NCBI RefSeq assembly: GCF_045037415.1
Contig: NZ_CP173438.1
Source of the DNA: Escherichia coli
Lineage (GTDB): Bacteria > Pseudomonadota > Gammaproteobacteria > Enterobacterales > Enterobacteriaceae
Direction: 5' to 3' (one strand)
Length of the DNA: 64,000 nt
Numbering within the stretch: position 1 is the first letter of the stretch; every line of letters begins with the position of its first letter. The notes below the pieces were generated by a model, which was given only the letters and a program-made list of their open reading frames with translations, was not told where the DNA came from and did no database searches. Shown here in pieces: positions 39,331-52,245 of the stretch. The translations under genes were made by a program, and so were the position numbers.

Positions 39331-40611
39331 CTACAGCTTCGCCTCAGCAAAACACTGGCTGATGATCTCCAGACCCTGACGGATCTGAGCGTCCTCAATG
39401 GTGAGCGGTACAAGGATGCGCAGCACGTTGTAATACGGGCCGCAGGAGAGAAGAATCAGACCCTTATCGCGGGCGCGTGCCACGATCTCGGCGGTGAGTT
39501 TTGCGTCCGGTTTGCTGTGATCGCCATCTTCAAACAGCTCGATGGCGATCATCGCCCCCAGACCGCGTACGTCGCCGATCTCCGGGTGTTTTTCGGCTAT
39601 CGCCAGCAATCCGTCTTTCAGCTTCTGCCCCAGAACGTTGGCTTTTTGCAGCAGATTTTCCTGCTCGAACACCTTCAACACTTCCAGCGCCGCTACGCAG
39701 GCAATCGGGTTACCGGCATAGGTGCCACCCAGTCCGCCCGGTGCGACGGCGTCCATCACTTCCGCGCGCCCGGTGACGCCCGCCAGCGGGAAACCGCCTG
39801 CGATCGATTTCGCAAAGGTGGTGAGATCTGGTGCCACGCCCATTTGCTCCATCGCAAACAGCGTGCCGGTACGCCCTGCGCCGCTCTGCACTTCATCGGC
39901 AATCAGCATGATCCCGTGCTCGTCACACAGCGCGCGTAAACGCTGCATAAAGGCTGGCGTCGCGGCGTAGAAACCGCCTTCGCCCTGAACGGGCTCAATC
40001 ACGATGGCGGCGATATCTTCCGGCGCGGCGTCATTTTTGAAGATCCGGTGGATGCTGGCGATAGCGTCATCCTCGCTTATGCCGTGCAGCGGGCAAGGAT
40101 AAAGCGCGCGATAAACATGACCCGGCATCAGCCCCATGCCCGCAGAGTACGGATTCACCTTGCCGGTCAGCGCCAGCGTGTAATGCGTGCGCCCGTGATA
40201 CGCACCGCTAAAGGCGATAGTACCGCTACGTTTAGTGGCGGCGCGGGCGATTTTCACCGCATTTTCCACCGCTTCGGAACCGGTCGTAACCAGCAGAGTT
40301 TTCTTGGCAAAATCGCCCGGCACCTTCTGATTCATAATCTCGCACAGCTCCAGATACGGCTCGTAGGCCAGCACCTGGAAGCAGGTGTGCGACAGTTTTT
40401 TCAATTGCGCTTCCACCGCCGCAACCACTTTCGGATGCAGGTGCCCGGTATTGAGCACCGCAATCCCGCCCGCGAAATCAAGATACTCACGGCCTTCAAC
40501 GTCCCACACCCGGCAGTTTTCCGCGCGGTCAGCGAAAATCGGGTGAATTTGCCCAACGCCACGGGGAATCGCCTGACTGCGGCGCTGCATTAACTCTTTA
40601 TTGCTGATCAT
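39331..40611 (-). CDS. gabT: 4-aminobutyrate aminotransferase (PLP-dependent)
   Basis: 426 aa from MISNKELMQRR. Confidence 0.95.
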   Translation of the reverse strand: MISNKELMQRRSQAIPRGVGQIHPIFADRAENCRVWDVEGREYLDFAGGIAVLNTGHLHPKVVAAVEAQLKKLSHTCFQVLAYEPYLELCEIMNQKVPGDFAKKTLLVTTGSEAVENAVKIARAATKRSGTIAFSGAYHGRTHYTLALTGKVNPYSAGMGLMPGHVYRALYPCPLHGISEDDAIASIHRIFKNDAAPEDIAAIVIEPVQGEGGFYAATPAFMQRLRALCDEHGIMLIADEVQSGAGRTGTLFAMEQMGVAPDLTTFAKSIAGGFPLAGVTGRAEVMDAVAPGGLGGTYAGNPIACVAALEVLKVFEQENLLQKANVLGQKLKDGLLAIAEKHPEIGDVRGLGAMIAIELFEDGDHSKPDAKLTAEIVARARDKGLILLSCGPYYNVLRILVPLTIEDAQIRQGLEIISQCFAEAKL

Positions 40612-40624
40612 TCGCATTCTCCAG

Positions 40625-42073
40625 TTAAAGACCGATGCACATATATTTGATTTCTAAGTAATCTTCGATGCCATACTTCGAACCTTCACGACCCAGACCC
40701 GAGGCTTTAATGCCGCCGAACGGGGCCACTTCATTGGAAATAATGCCGGTGTTGATGCCGATGATGCCGTACTCCAGTGCTTCGCCCACGCGGAAGACGC
40801 GGCTTAAATCACGGGCGTAGAAATAGGCTGCAAGTCCAAATTCGGTGTCATTGGCTTGCGCAATCACATCGGCTTCATCTTTAAAACGGAACAGCGGGGC
40901 GAGGGGGCCAAACGTCTCTTCTTTCGACACTTTGGCGTTAGCCGGAACGTCTACCAGAATGGTCGGCTGGAAGAAGTTACCGCCGCGTTCATGTGCTTTA
41001 CCGCCGCAAACCACGCGCGCGCCTTTCTCCAGCGCATCAGCAATATGCTCTTCCACTTTTGCTACCGCTTTTTCATCGATCAACGGCCCGATGGTGACGC
41101 CTTTCTCCAGCCCGTCGCCGATGTGCAGTTTGCTCACCGCCTGCTGCAATTTTTCGGCAAAGCGGTCATACACGCTGTCCTGCACATACAGGCGGTTGGC
41201 GCAGACGCAGGTTTGCCCGGCGTTACGGAATTTCGAGGCCAGCGCGCCTTCCACGGCTTTATCGAGATCGGCATCGTCAAAGACAATAAACGGTGCGTTG
41301 CCGCCCAGCTCCAGCGACACTTTTTTGATGTCTTTCGCGCACTGTTCCATTAACTGACGGCCAATTTCGGTCGAGCCGGTAAACGACAGCTTGCGCACCA
41401 GCGGGTTGCTGGTCAGTTCGTTACCGACCGCGCCCGCCGAACCGGTGACCACGTTAAACACGCCAGCCGGAACGCCCGCGCGAATCGCCAGTTCTGCCAG
41501 CGCCAGCGCAGAGAACGGCGTCTGACTGGCGGGCTTCAGCACCATGGTGCAGCCAGCCGCCAGCGCCGGACCAGCTTTACGGGTAATCATCGCCGCCGGG
41601 AAGTTCCATGGCGTGATAGCCGCGGTGACGCCAATCGGCTGCTTGATCACAATCAGGCGTTTATCGGCCTGATGACCGGGAATGGTGTCGCCATAAATAC
41701 GTTTGCCTTCTTCAGCAAACCACTCAATAAATGAGGCGGCGTAGCTGATTTCGCCTTTCGCTTCAGCCAGTGGTTTGCCCTGTTCGAGGGTCATCAGGCG
41801 CGCTAAATCGTCCTGATGCTCCATCATTAAATTGAACCAGTTGCGCAGAATGTTGGCGCGTTCTTTGGCAGTGAGCGCACGCCAGGCGGGCAGGGCGCGG
41901 CTGGCGGCGTCGATAGCGGCGCGGGTTTCATCAGCGCCCATTTTCGGCACGCTACCCAGCTTGTCGCCGTTCGCCGGATTGGTGACGTCGATGACCTCGC
42001 CATTGTTGGCGTCCAGCCATTCCCCGTTAATCAACGCCTGCTGGCGGAATAAGTTACTGTCGTTAAGTTTCAT
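40625..42073 (-). CDS. gabD: Succinate-semialdehyde dehydrogenase (NADP+)
   Basis: 482 aa aldehyde dehydrogenase family. Confidence 0.95.
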   Translation of the reverse strand: MKLNDSNLFRQQALINGEWLDANNGEVIDVTNPANGDKLGSVPKMGADETRAAIDAASRALPAWRALTAKERANILRNWFNLMMEHQDDLARLMTLEQGKPLAEAKGEISYAASFIEWFAEEGKRIYGDTIPGHQADKRLIVIKQPIGVTAAITPWNFPAAMITRKAGPALAAGCTMVLKPASQTPFSALALAELAIRAGVPAGVFNVVTGSAGAVGNELTSNPLVRKLSFTGSTEIGRQLMEQCAKDIKKVSLELGGNAPFIVFDDADLDKAVEGALASKFRNAGQTCVCANRLYVQDSVYDRFAEKLQQAVSKLHIGDGLEKGVTIGPLIDEKAVAKVEEHIADALEKGARVVCGGKAHERGGNFFQPTILVDVPANAKVSKEETFGPLAPLFRFKDEADVIAQANDTEFGLAAYFYARDLSRVFRVGEALEYGIIGINTGIISNEVAPFGGIKASGLGREGSKYGIEDYLEIKYMCIGL

Positions 42074-42098
42074 CGCTACATCCTGTTTTCAAAGGTTA

Positions 42099-43364
42099 TT
42101 AATTAAATGCGGCGTGTAAGGCATCCACACTACGTGCCGCTCGCAGCGTGCGTCCGGGGTTACTCTGGCTTGCCAACAGCGTTTGTACCTTGCTGACAAT
42201 ATGCGCACCAATAGGAATTGCTGATGTCGCTGCCGGGGAGGGCGCATTACAGGTGTGGATCGTGCGCGGGGTGGTGACAAACAGAAAATCGTCAATCAGC
42301 TTGCCGTCCGGCGATACCGCCTGCGCCCGCACACCGGGGGGCCAGGGCTGGAGATCGCTTAACGAAAGCCGGGGACAATACTTTTGCACCAGCCGCAGAT
42401 AGCCGCTTTTGCACAGCGAGTTTTTCATCTCGCCCAGTCCTGAGCGTAGATGGTTTTGCAGCACCCGGCGAATCCCCGACGAGCCTAAAATCTCCAGCGT
42501 GTCACTAAATGAGAAGTCGCGCTTGCGGTAGCCTTCGCGTTTGAAAGCCAGCACCGCGTTTGGCCCGACGGTCACGCTGCCGTCGATCATGCGGGTGAGA
42601 TGCACGCCCAAAAACGGCATTGCCGGGTCGGGAATGGGGTAAATCAGGTGGTTAACAATCTGGTTATGCTCTGGCGCAAGGCGGAAATACTCGCCGCGGA
42701 ACGGGCAGATAATAAAGCCCGGTTCGAGGCCGAGCATTTTCACCAGCCGGTCAGCCATCAGCCCGGAACAACTAATCAGCGTCGATGCTTCATATTCACC
42801 GCCCTGACGGGTACGTATCACCACGCCGTTTTTATGCTCACTGAGGGCGCTGACTTCGGCGTTATAAATAATCTCACCACCTCTGGCCTGGAAGATTTTT
42901 GCCATCGCCGCCGTCACTTCGCGGTAGCTGACAATGCCGCTGGACGGCACAAAAATGCCGCCAAGCCCGGTGATATTCGGTTCACGCTCGCGCAGCTCCT
43001 CGGCGTTTAACCACTCGCGCTCGATCCCGTTTGCCGCCGTGCGTTTCCATAACGCATTCATCCGTTCCATTTCGAGTTCAGACGTGGCGACCAGCATCTT
43101 GCCGCAGTTGTCGTAGCGAATGCCGTTTTGATCGCAAAAGACTTTAGTGGCGCGGTTCCCCGCCAGGCAAAACTGCGTCTTCAGGCTACCGGGCGTGTAA
43201 TAGACTCCGGCATGGATCACGCCGCTGTTGTGGCCCGTCTGGTGACAGGCAGGGCCGGACTCTTTTTCCAGCAACGCAATGCGGGCGTCAGGATAGATAT
43301 CAATCAGTTGCATGGCGGTCGACATGCCGATGATGCCGCCGCCAATAATCACAAAATCATACAT
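42099..43364 (-). CDS. lhgO: L-2-hydroxyglutarate oxidase/dehydrogenase (FAD)
   Basis: 422 aa from MYDFVIIGGGIIG (FAD-binding motif). Confidence 0.9.
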   Translation of the reverse strand: MYDFVIIGGGIIGMSTAMQLIDIYPDARIALLEKESGPACHQTGHNSGVIHAGVYYTPGSLKTQFCLAGNRATKVFCDQNGIRYDNCGKMLVATSELEMERMNALWKRTAANGIEREWLNAEELREREPNITGLGGIFVPSSGIVSYREVTAAMAKIFQARGGEIIYNAEVSALSEHKNGVVIRTRQGGEYEASTLISCSGLMADRLVKMLGLEPGFIICPFRGEYFRLAPEHNQIVNHLIYPIPDPAMPFLGVHLTRMIDGSVTVGPNAVLAFKREGYRKRDFSFSDTLEILGSSGIRRVLQNHLRSGLGEMKNSLCKSGYLRLVQKYCPRLSLSDLQPWPPGVRAQAVSPDGKLIDDFLFVTTPRTIHTCNAPSPAATSAIPIGAHIVSKVQTLLASQSNPGRTLRAARSVDALHAAFN

Positions 43365-43383
43365 CCGCTCAATTCCTTTGCGC

Positions 43384-44460
<1,077 letters not shown>

Positions 44461-45044
44461 TTACATATTGTTTTCTTATTGTGATCAAAAACAGCAAATT
44501 AATAACAAGTAATGTGAGGGATAAGAATTGGGTTGAAAGGAAATGAATAATTAAAACAATATATTAAGTGTGCTTATACTCTTTTTCGAACTGGTGGCAT
44601 TTGTTTAAATGCTATTTAAACTGCTTTTTCAGAGTTCAACTTACTGAGTTCCGTGTCGACTAATGTGAGTAAGATCAATCGCATCCAACCTATGTTACTT
44701 GATGGCATCGATAACAATATTAATGAACATACAGATTCCGGGAAGGCTGGCTATGGGGGCAAATTATTCTCTTTCTGGAAACGGGTAAATAACAGTGACC
44801 ATTTGTCGAGAAGCTGATACTGAGCTGAGGGATACTGTATATGTCTGGACTGTAATTGGATGAATTCTATTCAGGGCGGGTCAGGACCAATAAAAAAGCC
44901 CGCATCAGCGGGCTTTAATGTCATAGGGAGTCGCGACTCCGTTGCGTATCCTTTTTTGTCTCCTCACCGTCTGGTCGGTGTCCTGCTGAGACTTATAACT
45001 TCCTGTTTTTGTTGGTGTAGTCCTTACACCGTCCAATCATTATT

Positions 45045-45407
45045 TGGTGGAGCTGGCGGGAGTTGAACCCGCGTCCGAAATTCCTACATCCTCGGTACTA
45101 CATGCTTAGTCAGTCTTTACATTCGCTTGCCAGCTGCGGACGGACACGCCACTAACAAACTAGCCTGATTAAGTTTTAACGCTTCAACCCCAGGCAGGGC
45201 TTCCACGCGATCTCTTTTGGGTTTGACCTCTCTTGATCCCCGTCCTAAGAGCGGAGGCTAGGGAGAGAGGGCTCTAAGCAGGTTATTAAGCTGCTAAAGC
45301 GTAGTTTTCGTCGTTTGCGACTATTTTTTGCGGCTTTTTACGAGGCCAACCGCCCCTCGGCATGCACCTTGGGTTTCGCAAATCCCGTCGAATCCAGAAT
45401 CAGCCCC
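45045..45407 (-). ncRNA. ssrA: tmRNA (SsrA), 363 nt
   Basis: Minus strand begins GGGGCTGATTCTGGATTCGACGGGATTTGCGAAACCC and ends ...GGTTCAACTCCCGCCAGCTCCACCA; internal tag-peptide ORF region present. Confidence 0.95.
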
Positions 45408-45621
45408 AATGTGTAACGGTAAGTATACCAGATTTATGAGCAGCATGACTAGCCCAAAAGGCGTTATCATCCTGGAATTAGCGCCTGCATAGTATGATTT
45501 TTTTTCGATTAAGCAATGGGATGGCTACATCTGTGTCAGATTTGACAGTCGACAAGATGTTCATTCGCGCCACCGGATAGGGAGGCGCGGTGAGGATTTG
45601 ATTAGTATCGCTTATATAGGT

Positions 45622-46104
45622 TTAACGATGGGCGTTTTTCATGATACGCGCTTTATCCACCTGCCATTCGCGTTCTTTGATATCTGAACGTTTATCGTGC
45701 TGTTTTTTACCTTTGGCGACGCCGATTTTCACTTTGCACCAGGCATTTTTCCAGTACAGGGAGAGCGCCACTACGGTATAGCCTTCTCGATTTACGCGAC
45801 CGTACAATGAGTCCAGTTCGCGCTGGTTGAGAAGTAACTTGCGGGTACGGGTAGGATCGCACACCACATGCGTGGAGGCCACAGCCATTGGCGTGATGTT
45901 AGCGCCAAACAGAAATGCCTCTCCGTCACGCAGAAGGACGTAGCTGTCGCTGATATTGGCTTTTCCTGCACGCAGGGATTTAACCTCCCAGCCTTGCAGG
46001 GCAAGTCCCGCTTCGAACTCTTCTTCGATAAAGTATTCGTGACGGGCGCGCTTGTTAAGCGCGATGGTCGCTGAACCAGGTTTATGTGCTTTTTTCTTCG
46101 TCAT
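45622..46104 (-). CDS. smpB: SsrA-binding protein
   Basis: 160 aa, immediately upstream of tmRNA. Confidence 0.96.
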
Positions 46105-46235
46105 AAGCGTCGTGAATCATCGGTAATCTGAAATCGAAAACACCCCATATCAATCCTGCGGGGGACAAGGCTCTATCTTAGCATGATCCCGATGTTACCC
46201 AGCGCCGGGATAGCGTTTTTTTTACAGCAGGATAA

Positions 46236-46712
46236 ATGATATTATTTGTTGGATTTTTGTTGATGGAAATTGTTATGCCTCAGATTAGCCGGACCGCACT
46301 GGTACCCTACAGCGCGGAGCAAATGTATCAGTTAGTGAATGACGTTCAGTCTTATCCTCAGTTTTTACCAGGGTGCACTGGAAGCCGGATTCTGGAGTCC
46401 ACTCCTGGGCAGATGACCGCTGCGGTAGATGTGTCTAAGGCTGGGATCAGCAAAACGTTTACAACCCGCAACCAGTTGACCAGTAATCAAAGTATTCTCA
46501 TGAGTCTGGTTGATGGACCGTTTAAGAAATTGATAGGCGGTTGGAAGTTTACGCCGTTGAGCCAGGACGCGTGCCGTATTGAGTTTCATCTCGACTTTGA
46601 GTTTACCAATAAGTTGATTGAACTCGCCTTTGGTCGTGTGTTTAAAGAGCTGGCAGCTAATATGGTGCAGGCTTTTACTGTTCGTGCAAAAGAGGTCTAC
46701 AGTGCCAGGTAA
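46236..46712 (+). CDS. ratA: Ribosome association toxin RatA (SRPBCC/polyketide cyclase-like)
   Basis: 158 aa ORF; true start could instead be the internal ATG at 46275 (MPQISRT). Confidence 0.8.
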
Positions 46713-46992
46713 AATTGCCGTTGAGGTGGCTTATGCGCTACCTGAGAAGCAGTACCTGCAGCGCGTGACGTTGCAGGAGGGCGCGACGGTTGAAGAAGCT
46801 ATTCGCGCCAGTGGTTTGCTGGAATTGCGTACCGATATCGATTTAACTAAAAACAAAGTCGGCATTTACAGCCGTCCGGCAAAACTCAGCGATATTGTGC
46901 ATGATGGCGATCGGGTGGAGATTTATCGTCCTCTCATTGCCGATCCGAAAGAGCTTCGCAGGCAACGAGCAGAAAAATCAGCGAATAAATAA
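46702..46992 (+). CDS. ratB: RatB (UPF0125 family)
   Basis: 96 aa from GTG at 46702 (VPGKIAVEV...), overlapping ratA stop. Confidence 0.75.
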
Positions 46993-47053
46993 CAGACAGA
47001 AAAAAGGTGCTCATTGAGCACCTTTTTTAACGTCTTTGAGAGCAACTTTATTA

Positions 47054-47395
47054 TTAGTTACCACTCAGCGCAGGTTTGTTATCAATGTTGGTCAACACAC
47101 CGCTACTGTTAAAGGTCAGCGTCAGCGTTTGCTGCGTTACACCTTCATGACCAGGTTGCTGGCGGAAGACATAGAACCAGGTATTTGTACCAAATGGATC
47201 GGACATCAGCGGTGTACCCAATGCGTACGCAACTTGTTGTTGCGTCATGCCAACACGTATTTTGGATACGTCGTTAGCGGTCAGATAGTTCCCCTGGTTG
47301 ATGTCAGGACGGTAAACCACTCGCTCCAGAGTGGAACAGCCTGCGGTCAACATCAATAGTACTGCTGCTGCAGCAGTCAGCGTTTTACAGCGCAT
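47054..47395 (-). CDS. bamE: Outer membrane protein assembly factor BamE
   Basis: 113 aa lipoprotein (LTAGCS lipobox). Confidence 0.93.
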
Positions 47396-47543
47396 AGTGA
47401 TTTGATTCCTTTTCGGGCCCGAGCAGTACGTGGCTCATCTGTAATATGCCGATGATAATAGACCTTTCATCACTTTAAAACCTTTTGCTTTCCGGTCTTA
47501 CGGCGTTTTGCTGTTTACTCTGACCGTGAAGCAGGAAAAAAGT

Positions 47544-49205
47544 TTACGCCGCAAGCAGTTCTTTCGCATTCGCCAGTGTGTTACGTGTGACTTCACTGCC
47601 ACCAAGCAGGCGCGCCAACTCTTGTAACCGCGCTTTTTTATCCAGGGATTGCATATGCGTTTCTGTCATCGCACCATCGGTTTCTTTGCTGACAAAATAG
47701 TGTTGATGACCATATCCCGCGACTTGTGGCAGGTGGGTAACACACATCACCTGAGTTGATTCGCCAAGTTGACGTAGCAGTTTGCCGACAACTGCCGCTG
47801 TTGGGCCGCTAATCCCTACATCCACTTCATCAAAAATCAGTGCTGGGGTTTCCATTTTACGCGCGGTAATGACCTGGATTGCCAATGCGATGCGGGACAA
47901 CTCACCACCGGATGCGACTTTGGCAATAGGCTGCATTGGCTGACCTGGGTTGGTGGTTACCCGAAACTCAATACGATCAGCGCCGTCAGCGCCCAGGTGA
48001 TGCTCGTCAAATTTAACATCGATCGTAAACTGCCCATGTGGCATAGAGAGTGCATGCATACTATCGGTGATCAGCTGTGCCAACTCATTTGCATAATGCT
48101 GGCGTTGCTGGTGTAACGCGCGCGCCGTTTCCAGTGCCTGCTGATGATGTTTCGTTACCGCCAGCGCGAGCGTTTCTTGTGAGTCGGCCTGATCGTCCAG
48201 TTGCTGCTGTTCTTCCAGTAGCGACTGGTAATACTGTGGCAATGCCTCAGGGCTGACGTGATGTTTACGTGCCAGCGAAATCTGTTTTGAGATGCGCTGT
48301 TCAAGTTCAAACAGTCGGTTGGGATCGAGATCCAGACGATCGCAGTAGTGGCGTAGTTCATCACTGGCTTCAGCAATCTGGATGGTAGCCTCTTCCAGCA
48401 TATCAAGTACGCCGGACAGTTTGCTGTCCATGCCAATCAATTCGCTCACCAGTTGTTTAGCCGTGTAAAGTTGACTTTGCAGATTTGCGTCTTCACCGTC
48501 AGCCATTAATGCCAATGCATTCTGGCTGGTGGTCAGCAATTGACCGCTGTTCGCCAGACGTTTGTACTCTTCGTCGATTTGCTCAAACTCTCCAGGCTGC
48601 GGATTAAATTCGTTAAGTTCTTTTAATTGGTATTGCAGCAGCTCCGCACGGGCGGCGCGTTCCTGACTTAACTGCTGATGATGCGCGAGGTCACGGCAGC
48701 TTTGATGCCACAACTGATAACGTGCGGTCATTTCCTGGAGCTGAGAGGTTTCATTGGCATAGCCATCAAGCAGGAATTTTTGGTGCTCGGGTTTGGTGAG
48801 TAACTGATGAGCGTGCTGACCATGGATCTGAATCAGCAACTGACCCAGTTCGCGCAGTTGTGACAGAGGAACAGCTGTACCGTTGATGAAACCACGGGAG
48901 CGACCATCGCTGCTGATTACGCGACGAAGCAAACATTCATGCCCGTCTTCAAGCTGGTTTTCTTCCAGCCAACGCAGGGCCGCTGGCGTATCTTTCAGAG
49001 AAAAACGGGCGCACAGGTCGGCACGAGCAGCGCCGGTACGCACCATGTCGGCTTCAGCGCGACCACCGAGACAAAGGCCGAGGGCATCTATTGCAATAGA
49101 TTTACCCGCGCCGGTCTCGCCAGTTATTACGGTCATGCCGCTATGAAAATCAATCTCAAGCTCACGAACGATAGCAAAGTTGCTGATGGTCAGTTGTGCC
49201 AACAT
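47544..49205 (-). CDS. recN: DNA repair protein RecN (SMC-like)
   Basis: 553 aa, Walker A GETGAGKS. Confidence 0.96.
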   Translation of the reverse strand: MLAQLTISNFAIVRELEIDFHSGMTVITGETGAGKSIAIDALGLCLGGRAEADMVRTGAARADLCARFSLKDTPAALRWLEENQLEDGHECLLRRVISSDGRSRGFINGTAVPLSQLRELGQLLIQIHGQHAHQLLTKPEHQKFLLDGYANETSQLQEMTARYQLWHQSCRDLAHHQQLSQERAARAELLQYQLKELNEFNPQPGEFEQIDEEYKRLANSGQLLTTSQNALALMADGEDANLQSQLYTAKQLVSELIGMDSKLSGVLDMLEEATIQIAEASDELRHYCDRLDLDPNRLFELEQRISKQISLARKHHVSPEALPQYYQSLLEEQQQLDDQADSQETLALAVTKHHQQALETARALHQQRQHYANELAQLITDSMHALSMPHGQFTIDVKFDEHHLGADGADRIEFRVTTNPGQPMQPIAKVASGGELSRIALAIQVITARKMETPALIFDEVDVGISGPTAAVVGKLLRQLGESTQVMCVTHLPQVAGYGHQHYFVSKETDGAMTETHMQSLDKKARLQELARLLGGSEVTRNTLANAKELLAA

Positions 49206-49231
49206 AGTTGTTTTCCTGTATGAAAAACCAT

Positions 49232-49273
49232 TACTGTTATTGTGTACAGTATAAACTGGTTTTATATACAGTA
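49232..49273 (-). promoter_or_regulatory. Two tandem LexA SOS boxes in the recN promoter
   Basis: tactgttattgtgtacagta (49232-49251) and aactggttttatatacagta (49254-49273), both CTG-N10-CAG palindromes. Confidence 0.8.
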
Positions 49274-49290
49274 AAGAGGCTGGCGTAAAA

Positions 49291-50169
49291 TTAGAATAAT
49301 TTTTTTGACCAGCCGAGCTTGGTGCTTAATGTATTGAAATAACTGTAATCTTTCGGATGAATCAGATTCAGATGGTAATCACAGCGACGAATCAGGACAT
49401 CTTCACCTTCCTGAATCGGAAGTGCTATCTGGCTGTCGCAACTGATTTCCAGGTCGTTACGGCGATGCGAAAAACGCAGACGGATCGTGCTGCTGCTGTT
49501 TATGACCAGTGGTCGTGCTGACAACGTATGCGGGAACATGGGCACCAGGGTAATCGCATCCAGAGAGGGTGTCAGAATAGGACCGCCCGCAGAGAGGGAA
49601 TATGCGGTGGAGCCTGTTGGCGTCGAAATAATCAGTCCATCGGAACGCTGCGAAAACGCAAAGATCTCGTCGATATACACTTCGAACTCAATCATATGCG
49701 CTACTTTGCCAGGATGAAGTACCACTTCGTTAATCGCCGTGCTGATGCGTTTCTGGCAATCTTGCTGACAGACTTGCGCTTCCAGCAAAAAACGTTTCTC
49801 GCTGATGTAGTGGCCTTCCAGCACATCGGCTAATTGTTGCTGGGCGTTATCGGGATCAAGGTCAGTCAGGAAACCCAGGTTGCCACGGTTGATTCCAATA
49901 ACTTTAATATCGTAGCGGGCGAGCGTGCGCGCCGCGCCCAGCATATTACCGTCGCCGCCAACGACAACCGCGAGATCAGCCTGTTGCCCAATCTCCGCGA
50001 GCGTGCCAGTTTTCACATTCTTCAGTTGCAGTTCGTGAGCGATTTGTTGCTCAACGATGACCTCGTAACCTTTTGTGCACAGCCAGCGGTAGAGCATTTC
50101 ATGTGTTGTCAGTGCAGTGGGGTGCCGTGGGTGTCCCACAATGCCAATACACTTGAAATGATTATTCAT
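49291..50169 (-). CDS. nadK: NAD kinase
   Basis: 292 aa, GGDG motif. Confidence 0.95.
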
Positions 50170-50215
50170 TTTTCCGAGGTCCTTGTTGCGAAGATTGATG
50201 ACAATGTGAGTGCTT

Positions 50216-50246
50216 CCCTTGAAACCCTGAAACTGATCCCCATAAT
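50216..50246 (+). promoter_or_regulatory. Sigma32 heat-shock promoter of grpE
   Basis: CCCTTGAAA (-35) then 13 bp then CCCCATAAT (-10), matching sigma32 consensus CTTGAAA / CCCCATNT. Confidence 0.8.
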
Positions 50247-50258
50247 AAGCGAAGTTAG

Positions 50259-50885
<627 letters not shown>

Positions 50886-50938
50886 TTTCTGTTTTCGTAA
50901 TAAATCACGGTCCAGCATGCGAATGCCGGGCCGTTTTT

Positions 50939-52201
50939 TTACTCCGCCACACTCTCGCGCAGCGGTTTTACAGGAAAAACTTTTACCTGCTTAATCATAT
51001 TGTCCTGTACGTCGAGAATATCGATATCGTACTCGCCTATACGCACGCGGGTGCCTGCTACCGGAATCTCCTCCAGCGCTTCCAGAATGACGCCGTTAAC
51101 AGTACGAGCATCATCTTCCGGTAGATGCCAGTTAAAGGCTTTGTTAATTTCTCGCACGTTGGCGGTGCCATCGATAATCACCGACCCGTCGTTTTGCGGC
51201 GTGACCTCTTCGGCAAGTGTTGGCGACATCGACGTGGTGAAATCGCCGACAATCTCTTCGAGAATATCTTCGACCGTCACCAGCCCCTGAATGTCTCCAT
51301 ACTCGTTGACGACCAGGCCGACTTTCTTTTTGTTGCGCTGAAACTTCACCAACTGTGTGCTGAGCGGCGTACCCTCCGGGACAAAATAGATCTCGTCCGC
51401 GGCGCGTAGCATGGTTTCTTTGGTGAACTCTTTTTTCTCCGACATGAGTCGCCAGGCTTCACGCACACGCAGCATACTGATGGCGTCGTCCAGCGAATCA
51501 CGGTAGAGCACGATGCGCCCGTGAGGTGAGTGGGAGAGTTGGCGCAGAATCGATTTCCAGTCATCGTTGATATCAATACCGATAATTTCACTGCGCGGCA
51601 CCATGATGTCATCGACGGTCATCTTTTCCAGATCGAGTACCGACAGCAGCATATCCTGATTGCGACGGGAAATTTGTGACCGCGATTCGTGCACAATGGT
51701 GCGTAATTCTTCTTTGCTTAAAGAGCCACTAACCACGATATCGGTTTTGATGCCCATCATGCGCATTAACATGCGGGTAATAGCATTCAGCAACCAGACC
51801 AGCGGCATCATCAAAATTTGCAGCGGAGCCAGCAGAAAACTACTCGGATAAGCGACTTTTTCCGGGTACAGCGCGGCAATGGTTTTTGGCAATACCTCAG
51901 CAAAAACCAGCACGACAAAAGTCAGCACACCAGTCGCAATTGCCACGCCCGCATCGCCGTACAAACGCATTCCAACAATAGTGCCGAGCGCGGAGGCAAG
52001 AATATTGACCAGGTTATTGCCGATTAACACCAGGCTTATCAGGCGGTCTGGCTTACGCAGCAATTTTTCGACGCGTTTGGCCGAGCGATTACCCTGTTTC
52101 GCCATATGCCGCAGACGATAGCGGTTGAGGGTCATCATTCCGGTTTCGGACCCGGAAAAATAGGCTGAAATGACCACCATGATGATCAGAATAATGATCA
52201 A
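50939..52201 (-). CDS. yfjD: CorC/TlyC-family inner membrane protein (DUF21, CBS pair, CorC_HlyC)
   Basis: ORF-track start is TTG at 52201; the frame stays open upstream (LEHISTTT) so the true start is unresolved. Confidence 0.85.
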   Translation of the reverse strand: MIIILIIMVVISAYFSGSETGMMTLNRYRLRHMAKQGNRSAKRVEKLLRKPDRLISLVLIGNNLVNILASALGTIVGMRLYGDAGVAIATGVLTFVVLVFAEVLPKTIAALYPEKVAYPSSFLLAPLQILMMPLVWLLNAITRMLMRMMGIKTDIVVSGSLSKEELRTIVHESRSQISRRNQDMLLSVLDLEKMTVDDIMVPRSEIIGIDINDDWKSILRQLSHSPHGRIVLYRDSLDDAISMLRVREAWRLMSEKKEFTKETMLRAADEIYFVPEGTPLSTQLVKFQRNKKKVGLVVNEYGDIQGLVTVEDILEEIVGDFTTSMSPTLAEEVTPQNDGSVIIDGTANVREINKAFNWHLPEDDARTVNGVILEALEEIPVAGTRVRIGEYDIDILDVQDNMIKQVKVFPVKPLRESVAE

Positions 52202-52245
52202 CGTAGTAGTAGAAATGTGTTCCAGGGGAAACTCCTTTTCTGGGT

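Noticed and set aside
44830-44860. CTGT-containing sequence near the csiD promoter resembling a LexA box
   Set aside because: Not a CTGT-N8-ACAG palindrome; both halves are in the same orientation.
44895-44925. Possible integrase or prophage remnant downstream of tmRNA
   Set aside because: Only a hairpin terminator-like element is present; no coding potential for an integrase was found in any frame.
44860-45066. 68-aa plus-strand ORF at the tmRNA 3' end
   Set aside because: Overlaps the tmRNA gene on the opposite strand and has no RBS; it arises from the structured RNA sequence.
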